A stretch of DNA of 63,740 nt, filler included. It is 5 parts of 5 records of this genome, joined end to end, with 100 filler letters (N's around TTAATTAATTAA, not from the genome) between each part and the next. Parts side by side here need not be neighbours in the genome. Positions count along the whole stretch, not along the records: positions 1 to 28,986 come from DRR723986_7153; 4 more parts are not named here. One strand, 5' to 3'. A program made the translations under genes and the position numbers. Below are positions 1 through 9,250 of this stretch, piece by piece. Under the pieces are notes generated by a model. The model was not told the origin of the DNA, made no database searches, and saw only the letters and a list, made by a program, of their open reading frames with translations. Numbering within the stretch: position 1 is the first letter of the stretch; each line of letters opens with the position of its first letter.

Positions 1-1
1 T

Positions 2-718
2 GCGGCCACGGTGCTTGGTTTTCTGGCCAGTTGGTGGTGGGCCACCCGATTCATTCCCTATGACCAACGCGGCGTGTTTGTTCAAGGGGCATTCAGGGGC
101 AACTGTGGAGTAGTCAGCTTTGCGCTGGTGGCCAGTTACTATGGCGAGTATGGCCTGTCGGTAGGCGGCGTGTTGGTTGGCTTTACCATTTTGCTGTTCA
201 ATGTGCTGTCGGTGTTGATCCTCTCCATTTACAGCCCCACCCTGAAATTCAGCCCAGGCGCAGTGAGCAAGGAACTGATCAAAAACCCGCTGATTATTGC
301 GGTAGTGCTGGGTATGCTGGCCAGTGCAACACAGCTTTACATACCGCAGTGGCTGTTGAAGTCGGGCGAGTATTTTGCTGGGCTCACCCTGCCACTGGCG
401 TTGATCTGTGTGGGTGGAACACTGTCACTGGCCGGGGTCAAAGCCTCGGGCTTGTCTGCCATGCAATCAAGCGCCATTAAAATTGCCATACTACCCATAC
501 TCGCCTGCGCGGCTGCATGGACCGTTGGCATTGAGGGGCGAGACCTCATCATTCTCTGGATGTTTTTCGCCAGCCCCACTGCCGCAGCCAGTTTTGCCAT
601 GGCCGTGGCCGCAGGCGGTGATGGCAAGCTGGCTGCCAACATCATTGCGCTCACCACGCTGGTGTCCATACTTTCCATGACGATCGGCATTTATGCGCTC
701 ACCGCCTTGGGGCATTAG
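2..718 (+). CDS. AEC (auxin efflux carrier) family transporter, 5' partial
   Basis: Hydrophobic multi-TM ORF open from the window edge; QGAFRGN, NPLIIA, ASPTAAAS and AANIIALTT motifs typical of AEC/Mem_trans. Confidence 0.85.
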   Translation, partial: AATVLGFLASWWWATRFIPYDQRGVFVQGAFRGNCGVVSFALVASYYGEYGLSVGGVLVGFTILLFNVLSVLILSIYSPTLKFSPGAVSKELIKNPLIIAVVLGMLASATQLYIPQWLLKSGEYFAGLTLPLALICVGGTLSLAGVKASGLSAMQSSAIKIAILPILACAAAWTVGIEGRDLIILWMFFASPTAAASFAMAVAAGGDGKLAANIIALTTLVSILSMTIGIYALTALGH

Positions 719-776
719 TGTGGCGCGTTACACTCAAGGTCATATCTCAAAAAAATCCATCCACAGGTAGCAGTAC

Positions 777-1997
777 ATGAATAGCCCCACAGCATGCCAA
801 GTGAAGATGACGCCCCAGCGCGAGTGGGCCCTGCTGCTGATTCTTGCCGGCATACAGTTCACCCACATTCTCGACTTCATGATCATGATGCCGCTGGGGC
901 CTCAGCTTACGGCGGCGTTCAGCATTTCAGATGCAAAGTTCGGCCTGCTGGTGTCCGCCTACACTTTCGCGGCTGGTGCGTCGGGTTTGTTGGCCTCGTT
1001 GTACATCGACAGGTTCGAGCGACGCAGGCTGTTGCTTATTCTTTATGTGCTGTTTGCCGCAGCCACCCTGGCCTGCGGCCTCGCGCCCACCTATGAAACG
1101 CTGATGAGCGCCAGAATTGCAGCCGGGCTTTTTGGCGGCATACTGTCGGCCATGATTCAGACCATTGTGGCAGACGTAGTGCCGTTTGCCCGCAGAGGCA
1201 AGGCCATGGGTGTCATCATGACATCATTCTCTGTGTCCACGGTGATGGGAGTACCTCTGGGTCTCTATGTAGCCGCCAATTCAGACTGGCACACCCCCTT
1301 CTTCGGAATTGCCGGCATCAGCTTTGTGTTGGCGGTGGCCGGCTGGTACGTCATTCCAACACTTCAAGGCCATTTACACGCACGTGGCGAAACCGGCCCG
1401 CTTCAGGGCATTGCACAGGTCCTTCGCGATTCGAATCACCTGCGTGCATTTTTGTTTTCGTTTTGCATGATCTTCGCCGGATTTTCAATCATTCCGTACA
1501 TCACGATTTACATGCAAATCAATGCGGGGCTGACACCTTCAGACATTCCAGTGATTTATCTCGCTGGCGGCGCGGCCACCTTGTTCAGTGCGCAAATCAT
1601 CGGCAAGCTCAGCGATCGAATTGGCAAATTGAAAATGCTGCAAATCATCGCAGGTACGGCAATTTTGCCCATGGCATTGATTACGGTGACTGCGGGCCTG
1701 AGCATGACAGTCATTCTGGTGATCACCACGTTCTTCTTTGTGTTTGTCAGCGGAAGAATGATTCCAGGCATGGCTTTGGTCAGCGCAGCAGGCAACCCGA
1801 AAAACAGGGGCACATTCATGACCCTGAACTCGTCCATGCAGTCTGCTGCCATGGGCCTTGCCGCCTTGGTGGGTGGCATGGTGATCTCGCGCAATGCAGA
1901 GGGTCTGATCGAAAACTTCTGGATATGCAGCGTGATCGCGATCTCGTTTAACTTGACCGCACTGTTGATTGCAAAGCGTCTGAAGGTCTATCAATAA
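777..1997 (+). CDS. MFS transporter
   Basis: About 12 TM segments; motif A-like DRFERRR and LSDRIGK; LDFMIMMPLGP start of TM1. Confidence 0.9.
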   Translation: MNSPTACQVKMTPQREWALLLILAGIQFTHILDFMIMMPLGPQLTAAFSISDAKFGLLVSAYTFAAGASGLLASLYIDRFERRRLLLILYVLFAAATLACGLAPTYETLMSARIAAGLFGGILSAMIQTIVADVVPFARRGKAMGVIMTSFSVSTVMGVPLGLYVAANSDWHTPFFGIAGISFVLAVAGWYVIPTLQGHLHARGETGPLQGIAQVLRDSNHLRAFLFSFCMIFAGFSIIPYITIYMQINAGLTPSDIPVIYLAGGAATLFSAQIIGKLSDRIGKLKMLQIIAGTAILPMALITVTAGLSMTVILVITTFFFVFVSGRMIPGMALVSAAGNPKNRGTFMTLNSSMQSAAMGLAALVGGMVISRNAEGLIENFWICSVIAISFNLTALLIAKRLKVYQ

Positions 1998-2013
1998 ACG
2001 GCTTAATCGTGGC

Positions 2014-2169
2014 TTAGCTGGCCATACGGCGAATAATCGACGACACCACCAAGCGCAAACCTTTGATCTCTTTGACTTCCAGTGGGCGCTTTTCTTTCAG
2101 GTCTTTGTCTTTGCTCAATTCTTCGAGCTTGTGTTCGATTTCTTTCAACAGCTCAAGTTGTTGCTTCAT
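2014..2169 (-). CDS. Small 51-aa hypothetical coiled-coil protein (below the ORF-track cutoff)
   Basis: Manual translation MKQQLELLKEIEHKLEELSKDKDLKEKRPLEVKEIKGLRLVVSSIIRRMAS*; fills the intergenic gap without overlap; alternative ATG at 2175. Confidence 0.6.
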   Translation of the reverse strand: MKQQLELLKEIEHKLEELSKDKDLKEKRPLEVKEIKGLRLVVSSIIRRMAS

Positions 2170-2328
2170 GATCATTTACCAATAGAATCGGGTACGCGAA
2201 ATATACACGCAAGCGGCTGCGCATTGGATGACAGTTTTGTGACAGACCATCTGCCCCACATTGCAACAGTCGCTGTGGATTGATCCTTGCTTGTCTCTCC
2301 AGACAATTCCAATTAAGAGCCGACCACC

Positions 2329-4101
2329 ATGACGCTGCATCAAGCCTTCGCCGCCGCTTTCTCACTAGTTGTTTGCACCGCCACGTTTGCCAGCTCAGAC
2401 ACAGAATGGCCATTATTTGGAGGCAACTGGGATCATCAGCGGCACACGCTGTCCAAGCAAATTACGCCTGACAATATCCGACAGCTTGACTTGGCCTGGG
2501 AATTCGACACGGGTGTGTCATCCAGCTTTCAAGCCACACCTATCGTGGTGAACGGCATCATGTTTGTATCGCTGCCTTTTAACCATGTGGTGGCCTTGAA
2601 AGCCGACACCGGAAAATTGGTGTGGCGTTACACGCACGACAGGATCAAAGATCGCCCCATGTGCTGCGGCCCCGCCAACCGGGGCGTTGCTGTGAGTGAT
2701 GGCAAGGTATTCATGGGCACAGTCGATTCACGCCTGCTGGCACTGGATGCACGCACGGGCCAAAAGCTGTGGGACATTGATGTCACCAAGGGCGAGCAAG
2801 GCGTGCAGGAAGATGCCGCCACACTGGGGACGCAACTGGACACGCAGGGCGGAAAACTGGAGGTGTCGGGTGCGTCAGGTGCTGGCATCAACATGGCACC
2901 CATGGTGTTCGATGGCAAGGTCATTGTGGGCATTACCGGTGTGGGCTATGGCTTGCACCTGGATTCTCCCGACCCCGATGCGCCACTCGGTGCAGTGGTG
3001 GGTATTGCGGGCAACTACGGACGCCGTGGTTTCATGGCTGCATATGACGCCAACACCGGCACACTGGCGTGGAAATTCGACACAGTCCCTGAGCAAGGCT
3101 GGGAGGGTGAATTCAGGCAAACGACTCCCGACGGTGTGACACTGCCCCGAAACATTGAACAGGAAAAAGCCGCTGCAGCCCAATACCCGGATGCCTGGAA
3201 ATTCGGCGGCGGATCAGCCTGGAGTACCCCCGCCATTGATCGCAAGAATGGCATTCTGTATTTCGGCACGGGCAACCCTTCACCACAAATGGAAGGCTCG
3301 TCACGTCCAGGCGACAACTTGTACACCGCCTCCCTGGTGGCGCTGGATGTGCGCACCGGCAAGCTGAAATGGCACTACCAGCAAGTGCCGCATGACATGT
3401 GGGGGTACGACGTTGCAAGCCCACCCGTGTTGTTCACCAGTCACCACCAAGGCCAAGCGATTGAAGCCGTTGGGCAAGCCGGCAAAACTGGTTGGTTTTA
3501 TGTACACAATCGCATCACAGGGGAATTGTTGTTCAAGAGCGAGGCCTTCGTACCGCAGCACAATATGTTTACCTTGCCCACTGAACAAGGCAATGTGATT
3601 TACCCCGGTGTCATTGGCGGCGCCAACTGGTCGCCGGTGTCGGTCGATGAGCGACGCCGCATGGCGTTTATCGCCGGCATTCACTGGCCGGTGAAGTATC
3701 AATTGCACGAGCTGAAAGCGAAGGGCAACAAGCCTGCGTTGAAGTATTCGTCGATGTCACCCATTGAAAACGGCGAAAAATACGGTTTGTTATCAGCCAT
3801 CCACTTGGACACCGGCAAACTGATGTGGCAACACAGGGTGAATGCGCCCTTGATTGGTGGTGTCCTCAGCACACAAACAGGTTTGGTTTTTTCAGGTGAA
3901 GGCAGTGGTGAGTTTTTTGCACTCGATTCAAACACGGGCAAACGTGTGTGGCAACACAACAATTCAGCGGGCGTGAATGCACCACCCATTGCCTACGAAG
4001 TGGATAAAAAACAGTTTTTGGCCGTGGCTGTCGGTGGCAACAAACTGTTTGGTTTCAAGCAGGGACAAACCATCAAGGCTTGGGCACTGCGGGCTAAATA
4101 A
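2329..4101 (+). CDS. PQQ-binding beta-propeller, quinoprotein alcohol dehydrogenase-like, atypical active site
   Basis: Signal peptide; Trp-docking repeats (ALxAxTGKxxW); vicinal CC (MCCGPANRG); GTGNPSP; RPGDNLYT; WHYQQVPHDMWGYD. Confidence 0.85.
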   Translation: MTLHQAFAAAFSLVVCTATFASSDTEWPLFGGNWDHQRHTLSKQITPDNIRQLDLAWEFDTGVSSSFQATPIVVNGIMFVSLPFNHVVALKADTGKLVWRYTHDRIKDRPMCCGPANRGVAVSDGKVFMGTVDSRLLALDARTGQKLWDIDVTKGEQGVQEDAATLGTQLDTQGGKLEVSGASGAGINMAPMVFDGKVIVGITGVGYGLHLDSPDPDAPLGAVVGIAGNYGRRGFMAAYDANTGTLAWKFDTVPEQGWEGEFRQTTPDGVTLPRNIEQEKAAAAQYPDAWKFGGGSAWSTPAIDRKNGILYFGTGNPSPQMEGSSRPGDNLYTASLVALDVRTGKLKWHYQQVPHDMWGYDVASPPVLFTSHHQGQAIEAVGQAGKTGWFYVHNRITGELLFKSEAFVPQHNMFTLPTEQGNVIYPGVIGGANWSPVSVDERRRMAFIAGIHWPVKYQLHELKAKGNKPALKYSSMSPIENGEKYGLLSAIHLDTGKLMWQHRVNAPLIGGVLSTQTGLVFSGEGSGEFFALDSNTGKRVWQHNNSAGVNAPPIAYEVDKKQFLAVAVGGNKLFGFKQGQTIKAWALRAK

Positions 4102-5173
4102 GCAGCCAGTGATTATCCAGCTCCAATGGCTTGCTGAACTCAACAGCCGAGCTTCCAAGCCACACCTGCTCTCCGTCGGCAGCCAGTGCACATGCGGCAT
4201 TCGCAGCCTGTGAATGCAACAAATTGCCTTGCACATCGAATTGCGCGGCAGAATTGTTTTTGGTGCAGCTGATCACAAAGCCCTGTGGGGTGGCAACAAT
4301 GTCGCCGGCATAACCCTTCACACCCGCCGATTCGTCCACCGTGCGCAGTCCGTTTTCATCAAGCAAAGCCAGTACCGGCGCAGCATCCCGAAGTGCAGCG
4401 GTGCTATGGTGTGCCTGCATGGCAATGCCCACCACACCACTGGTGTGTGCCGCCATGTGTCTCAAACTGAGTCGCGTATCGCTCAAGGCCCATTGATTGA
4501 ACACCTTGCCTGTTCGCGGGTTCATGGCCACGATGGAAGAATCCATGGGCAGTTGATTCAACTGGGTTCTGCCCATGTCCGCATGCGTAGGTATTCCGCC
4601 GTTGGCCACCAACAAAAAAGGTTCATCAATGCCCAACCCACCCCTGGGCAGGACCAGCATTTCATGGGGATCTTTGCCCAGTGTGGACCACACATCCAGC
4701 AACTCGAAGGTATGGCGGTCTCGAACCGCCAAGGCACCCGTACCGTTGAGCACATCCGTTTCTGTGGTGTAAAGCCAATCGCCATACACGGCGCTGTGGC
4801 CGTTCAAATGCCGGTCTTCGTCTTGCCAAACTCGCGAGGTTTCGCCGCTGCGAATATTCAAGCGCAACAACCAGTCGCCAGGGCGGCGAGCAATGAGCAA
4901 ATACTCATCGCCGTGCAGGTGCATTAAACCGTGCGGACGTGTGGGCAAATCGAATGCCATGGTGACGACGTAAGTTAGCGAAGAACCTTGCCCGGCTGCG
5001 GTAAGCACACCCACCTGATGGCCCCCATTAGGAAGTTGCCAGGCTGCCAGTAAACGGACCTGACGAGTAGGAGTTGCCGATTCGACGGGCAGGGGCAAGG
5101 CCATACTCAAGGCCAACGCGCTGCTTTGAACCAGAAATTGCCGACGCGAATTGAACACTGAATCAATCACCAT
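4094..5173 (-). CDS. DUF1513 family protein (Tat-exported beta-propeller)
   Basis: SRRQFL Tat motif; ARRPG, NGH, LYTTE, PHE, VANGGIPTH, LSLRH motifs; last gene of the imelysin operon. Confidence 0.85.
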   Translation of the reverse strand: MVIDSVFNSRRQFLVQSSALALSMALPLPVESATPTRQVRLLAAWQLPNGGHQVGVLTAAGQGSSLTYVVTMAFDLPTRPHGLMHLHGDEYLLIARRPGDWLLRLNIRSGETSRVWQDEDRHLNGHSAVYGDWLYTTETDVLNGTGALAVRDRHTFELLDVWSTLGKDPHEMLVLPRGGLGIDEPFLLVANGGIPTHADMGRTQLNQLPMDSSIVAMNPRTGKVFNQWALSDTRLSLRHMAAHTSGVVGIAMQAHHSTAALRDAAPVLALLDENGLRTVDESAGVKGYAGDIVATPQGFVISCTKNNSAAQFDVQGNLLHSQAANAACALAADGEQVWLGSSAVEFSKPLELDNHWLLI

Positions 5174-6284
5174 CAGAAGATGAGAACTGAATAGACACTT
5201 TCAAACCCTTGGCCACCTCGCTTTCCAAAAACCCCTTGAGCACCTTGAGTGCTTTCACTGACTGCTCAACACTGGTTGGCTTTGTGATGTCGTTGGACCG
5301 CATGGCCACAGCCACAGCACTGCTGTACGTCACCAAGGTGTCGGCCAGTTCAATTTTCCCCAAGCCGCGCAAATAAGCCTCCAGTGGTATCACCTGCGTA
5401 TCGGCCTGCGGCACCGTTTGGCCAGTCACCATCAACAAATGTTCGATGCCTTGCCACTGTGCAGCCCAGGCTTTTTCGGTCAGTTGAAATTCTGAAAATG
5501 GCCAATGTCCTGCATTTGCACCGGCTGCATCCTTGTTTTTCAAGAGCGGCTTTTCCATGCGCTCCCAGGCCAGGTTGTGCGTGGCTCCAACCAACTGGTT
5601 GAAATACAATTGCATGCCTGCACTCAGCGCCTTCGCGTCGTCTTCATTGGCTTGCGTTGGATTGGTTTGCCAACTTAAACCGGCCACAGTGCGTGCAATG
5701 TCGAGCACTACCTCGCGCGCGTAGTTGCACTGAGGGGTGCCCCCTTGAAAATCGTTTTGCGTCAACAAATATTCCAGGGCAGGAAAACCTTTGGCCGGGC
5801 TGCCGATCAAGACCATGCCTTGCGCACCTTGCGGCTGTTTTTTAATTGCACGCTCAAGCAAGTTCAGGCGCAAAGGTCGAAAATCGATTTGGCGCACCGT
5901 GTTGTTGTCCAGCATGGGCCCCATCACCACCGCCGACAGTTCCAGCCAGGCCAGGTAGGCCTTGGCATATTGCGCCTGCAACTGTTGCATGTTGGCAGGC
6001 TGCGTTTTCCCATCCGTTTTGCAATATTGCGCCGTGGCCACACTCAACGCCTCGAGTTGATCGGTTAACGCGGCTGCGTCTTTGGCATGGTGGTGTGTCG
6101 CCACACTGTTCAGTACCTCAGTCACCTCGTAGTAAGGAAACAGCATGTTGCTTCTGTCCACGGGTTTTGCAGCCACGGCAGAATTGGCAAAATTCAGCAC
6201 CAACAACAACACGAAGGCCAACACCACCCAGACCAGTCCGCGCAACAGGCCAGTTTTCAATTCATGCTGATGTTGGGGATTCAT
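5163..6284 (-). CDS. Imelysin-like protein
   Basis: KGFPALEYLL (imelysin GxxxxE variant); C-terminal FSSSDGD; operon context. Confidence 0.85.
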   Translation of the reverse strand: MNPQHQHELKTGLLRGLVWVVLAFVLLLVLNFANSAVAAKPVDRSNMLFPYYEVTEVLNSVATHHHAKDAAALTDQLEALSVATAQYCKTDGKTQPANMQQLQAQYAKAYLAWLELSAVVMGPMLDNNTVRQIDFRPLRLNLLERAIKKQPQGAQGMVLIGSPAKGFPALEYLLTQNDFQGGTPQCNYAREVVLDIARTVAGLSWQTNPTQANEDDAKALSAGMQLYFNQLVGATHNLAWERMEKPLLKNKDAAGANAGHWPFSEFQLTEKAWAAQWQGIEHLLMVTGQTVPQADTQVIPLEAYLRGLGKIELADTLVTYSSAVAVAMRSNDITKPTSVEQSVKALKVLKGFLESEVAKGLKVSIQFSSSDGD

Positions 6285-7693
6285 TACAAAGACTCCACAA
6301 AACGAATCAGTGCTGCACGATCTTCAGCCGAAAAATTCATGAAGCGTTTCTTGCTTTGCTCGGCTTCACCGCCGTGCCAGAGAATGGCTTCTTCAACGCC
6401 ATCGGCGCGGCCATCGTGCAACAAACGCATGTGGTTGTTCACATCAGGAATCAGCCCGATACCCCACAGCGGCGGTGTTTTCCACTGACGGCCATTGGCT
6501 TTGAAATCGGGACGGTTATCCGCAAGGCCTTCGCCCATGTCATGCAACAACAAATCGGTGTAGGGCCAAATTTCCTGTCCTTCCAACGCTTTGCTGCTCA
6601 AAGCCGGGAAAGGCACTTTGCCCGTGGTGTAGGAAGGGCGATGGCACACAGCACACTGCGCTTGCTCAAACAACTTCTGACCCTTTAACACCTGTGCATC
6701 ATTCACATTGCGACGAGCGGGTGGTGCCAACACGGCTTGATAAAACACAATCTCGTTGAACAGTTTGTCGCTGAGTTCAGGCTCGCCGTTCTCGGAACCG
6801 TTGGGTGCCTGCACACAGTCTTTCTGGGCCGGTGTGCAATTCTCGGAGGGAAACAAACTGCTGGTGATGCCGATGTCACCCAGAAAAGCGCCGCCGGTTT
6901 GATGCGCCAGCGTGGCCACATTGGCCTTCCAGCCAAAGCGGCCCAACATGTCCTTTTGTGCATACGCATCCCAAACCCGGTTGGGCACACCCTTGATTGG
7001 GCCGGGCTGTGCCGCCTGCCGCTTGGCATTGTTCAACACATCCTTTTCCTCAATGGCTTCCAGCAAGCCCAAGCCAATGACCTGTGGCGCAATTCGCGGG
7101 CTCACCATCACCTGGGGGTGCATGGGGCCATAACCCAAATCAGAGAAAGAATAGCTCGGCTTTTTCAACACATAGGGTGTGCCATCCGGGTACTTTCCAT
7201 GTAACTCTGTCATTTGAATATGCACCTTGCCTTCTGGCTTCACGCCCGCAATGGCAGCGTTGTTGAACTGATCGCCATACACAGGGTCGGGCACAACACC
7301 ATGTTTGGAATCGTTACCGGGAATGGACAGGCGGAACAAAAGGTCCACCGGTTGTTCAGTGCTTAAGCGATCCAGAATTTCGGGCGGCTTTCCTCGGCCG
7401 TCCTGCACATGGCAACCACCGCAGGACCGGGCAATAAAATGCGGGCCCAGTCCGTCACGCGCAGTGGTCGATGCCGGGCCCTGCACCCAGTTGCGCTTGA
7501 AAAACGAATTGCCAATTGCAAACCGTGTTCGTTCCTCATCGGGCAAATTCGCGGCGGGAAATGAGAATGCATTTCGACCATCGGCAAACACAGTGACATC
7601 CCCGGCTGTACGCGCAGTCATTCCCTCAACGGCAGCCCAAGCCACCCCGGCAAACAACAGGGTTCCCCCTGCCAAACAAACAGCTGCTTTCAT
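6284..7693 (-). CDS. Di-heme oxidoreductase family protein (DHOR/DUF1111)
   Basis: Two CxxCH (CGGCH, CAVCH); DGLGP, GRFGWKA, YTDLLLHDMG, LLHDGRA motifs. Confidence 0.92.
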   Translation of the reverse strand: MKAAVCLAGGTLLFAGVAWAAVEGMTARTAGDVTVFADGRNAFSFPAANLPDEERTRFAIGNSFFKRNWVQGPASTTARDGLGPHFIARSCGGCHVQDGRGKPPEILDRLSTEQPVDLLFRLSIPGNDSKHGVVPDPVYGDQFNNAAIAGVKPEGKVHIQMTELHGKYPDGTPYVLKKPSYSFSDLGYGPMHPQVMVSPRIAPQVIGLGLLEAIEEKDVLNNAKRQAAQPGPIKGVPNRVWDAYAQKDMLGRFGWKANVATLAHQTGGAFLGDIGITSSLFPSENCTPAQKDCVQAPNGSENGEPELSDKLFNEIVFYQAVLAPPARRNVNDAQVLKGQKLFEQAQCAVCHRPSYTTGKVPFPALSSKALEGQEIWPYTDLLLHDMGEGLADNRPDFKANGRQWKTPPLWGIGLIPDVNNHMRLLHDGRADGVEEAILWHGGEAEQSKKRFMNFSAEDRAALIRFVESL

Positions 7694-8862
7694 CAGGGCA
7701 AGGTCAGGGTAAGTTGGGTAATGCCAATTGCATTGGCTGATTCAACCAGCAGGGTGCTCTGCTCAACCAGGCTGTCTACGGTGGCTTTCACGCGTTGCGG
7801 GCCTGGCGCGTTTGCACCACCAATAATTTCCCGGTCAAAGGGTGCTTGAATGGCACTTGCGGCTGCTACTGAGTTCTGGATTTGCTGCGTGGTTTTCTTC
7901 GCAACTTCGGGTGCACGGGCCCCCACCAACTCGGCCAGTGAAGGCACCCTCAACATGGCCCCGTCGGCCTGTTTGTAAGTGCCAGTCCACACATTCAAAA
8001 TACCTTGCGCGTTGGTCACCGCATCGCGATGGGTGTTGTCAGAAAAGCAGGAGTGTTCATCTTCTTGATCCTGGCTGAACAGAGCCACTTCAAGGCGTTC
8101 ACCGGCCAGCTCTCCGCGCGAGAGTGAACCCAAACCCACCAGGATTTTCCGAATGGATTCCTTGCCATCCTTTTCAAAACTGGCGCGAAAGTTATCTGCC
8201 TTCTTCGGATCCCAAGCCGATTGCACTGTTTCGAGATCGTGGATCAACAGGGCCGTAACCTCGCGCAAATAAGCAGCGCGACGTTCTGCATTCTGGCCTT
8301 TGCCTTTCACATAATCAGTGTAAGGCCGCTTGCCAGGGCCATTCTCACTCAAATCCTGACCCCACAGCAAAAACTCAATGGCATGCCAACCTGTGGCAAT
8401 GTTTTCTTCACCACCCCGCTCATTTTCTTCGATCAAGGCATCGCGGGTAATCTTGAATTTTGGATTGTTGATAAAACCACTGCGTGCATTGCCTTGCACA
8501 TAGTCCACATACGATTCATCCATCGGCCAGGCATTGATTTGCCCTTCAGGCCCGTTTTCATCATCAATAGGGCCACCATAAAAACGGAAAGCCTCAGTTT
8601 GCCCGTAAAACTCGCGCGCATTGAGCCATGCTTTTTTGGCCGCTTCCAGGCCAGCCTGGGAAGGTGCTTTCAAAAATGCATCAATGGCGGTCTGCATTTG
8701 CCGGGCTGCATTCACCGAATCGGTGTAATTGGCATACACCAATTGCCCATACCCCTTCACCACGTCTTGATCAGTGGGAGCGGCCACGGCCATATTGCAA
8801 ACTGCCAGCGCCAAGCCAGCAACCATCCCTTTTTTTGTTGCGTCGAACCACGAATACATCAT
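7693..8862 (-). CDS. Imelysin family iron-regulated protein (IrpA/LruB-like)
   Basis: TGWHAIEFLLWGQD (GxHxxE) and EDEHSCFSDNT motifs; signal peptide; start codon uncertain. Confidence 0.92.
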   Translation of the reverse strand: MMYSWFDATKKGMVAGLALAVCNMAVAAPTDQDVVKGYGQLVYANYTDSVNAARQMQTAIDAFLKAPSQAGLEAAKKAWLNAREFYGQTEAFRFYGGPIDDENGPEGQINAWPMDESYVDYVQGNARSGFINNPKFKITRDALIEENERGGEENIATGWHAIEFLLWGQDLSENGPGKRPYTDYVKGKGQNAERRAAYLREVTALLIHDLETVQSAWDPKKADNFRASFEKDGKESIRKILVGLGSLSRGELAGERLEVALFSQDQEDEHSCFSDNTHRDAVTNAQGILNVWTGTYKQADGAMLRVPSLAELVGARAPEVAKKTTQQIQNSVAAASAIQAPFDREIIGGANAPGPQRVKATVDSLVEQSTLLVESANAIGITQLTLTLP

Positions 8863-8909
8863 GAGGAGATAAAACCTTTGGATCAATCTTGAACAGCCTG
8901 TATGTTAAT

Positions 8910-8928
8910 AGTAATGAGAATGATTTGC
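8910..8928. promoter_or_regulatory. Fur box between the divergent imelysin operon and hemP operon
   Basis: AGTAATGAGAATGATTTGC, 13/19 match to GATAATGATAATCATTATC. Confidence 0.8.
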
Positions 8929-8996
8929 AATTAATAAGAACATCCATTACACTTCGACACATCAAATACAGGCAATTCAACATATCCAGAGCCACC

Positions 8997-9182
8997 ATGA
9001 ACACCCAAGCAACGCTGAAAACCGGCACCGTGCCCGCAAGCCAGACTGAGCCGGCAGCCGCAACACCTTTGAACACCAAAACCTTGTTTCCTTTGGGTAG
9101 TCGAGAGAGGACGATTGTTCATGACAACACCGAGTATCGTTTGCGAATTACCGCCCAAGGCAAACTGATTTTGACCAAATAA
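8997..9182 (+). CDS. hemP: Hemin uptake protein HemP
   Basis: C-terminal IVHDNTEYRLRITAQGKLILTK is the HemP/HmuP signature; downstream of a Fur box. Confidence 0.92.
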   Translation: MNTQATLKTGTVPASQTEPAAATPLNTKTLFPLGSRERTIVHDNTEYRLRITAQGKLILTK

Positions 9183-9203
9183 ATTTCTCTCACCCTCAAT
9201 CGC

Positions 9204-9239
9204 AAGCCAGCAAAAAGAGTAGCCAGCCAGCGTTTTTTT
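9204..9239 (+). promoter_or_regulatory. AGCCAG direct-repeat element in the receptor 5' leader (candidate HemP-responsive element)
   Basis: AAGCCAGC-aaaaagagt-AGCCAGCCAGC followed by T7; similar motif at 19657-19678. Confidence 0.5.
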
Positions 9240-9250
9240 CATCCAGTATC

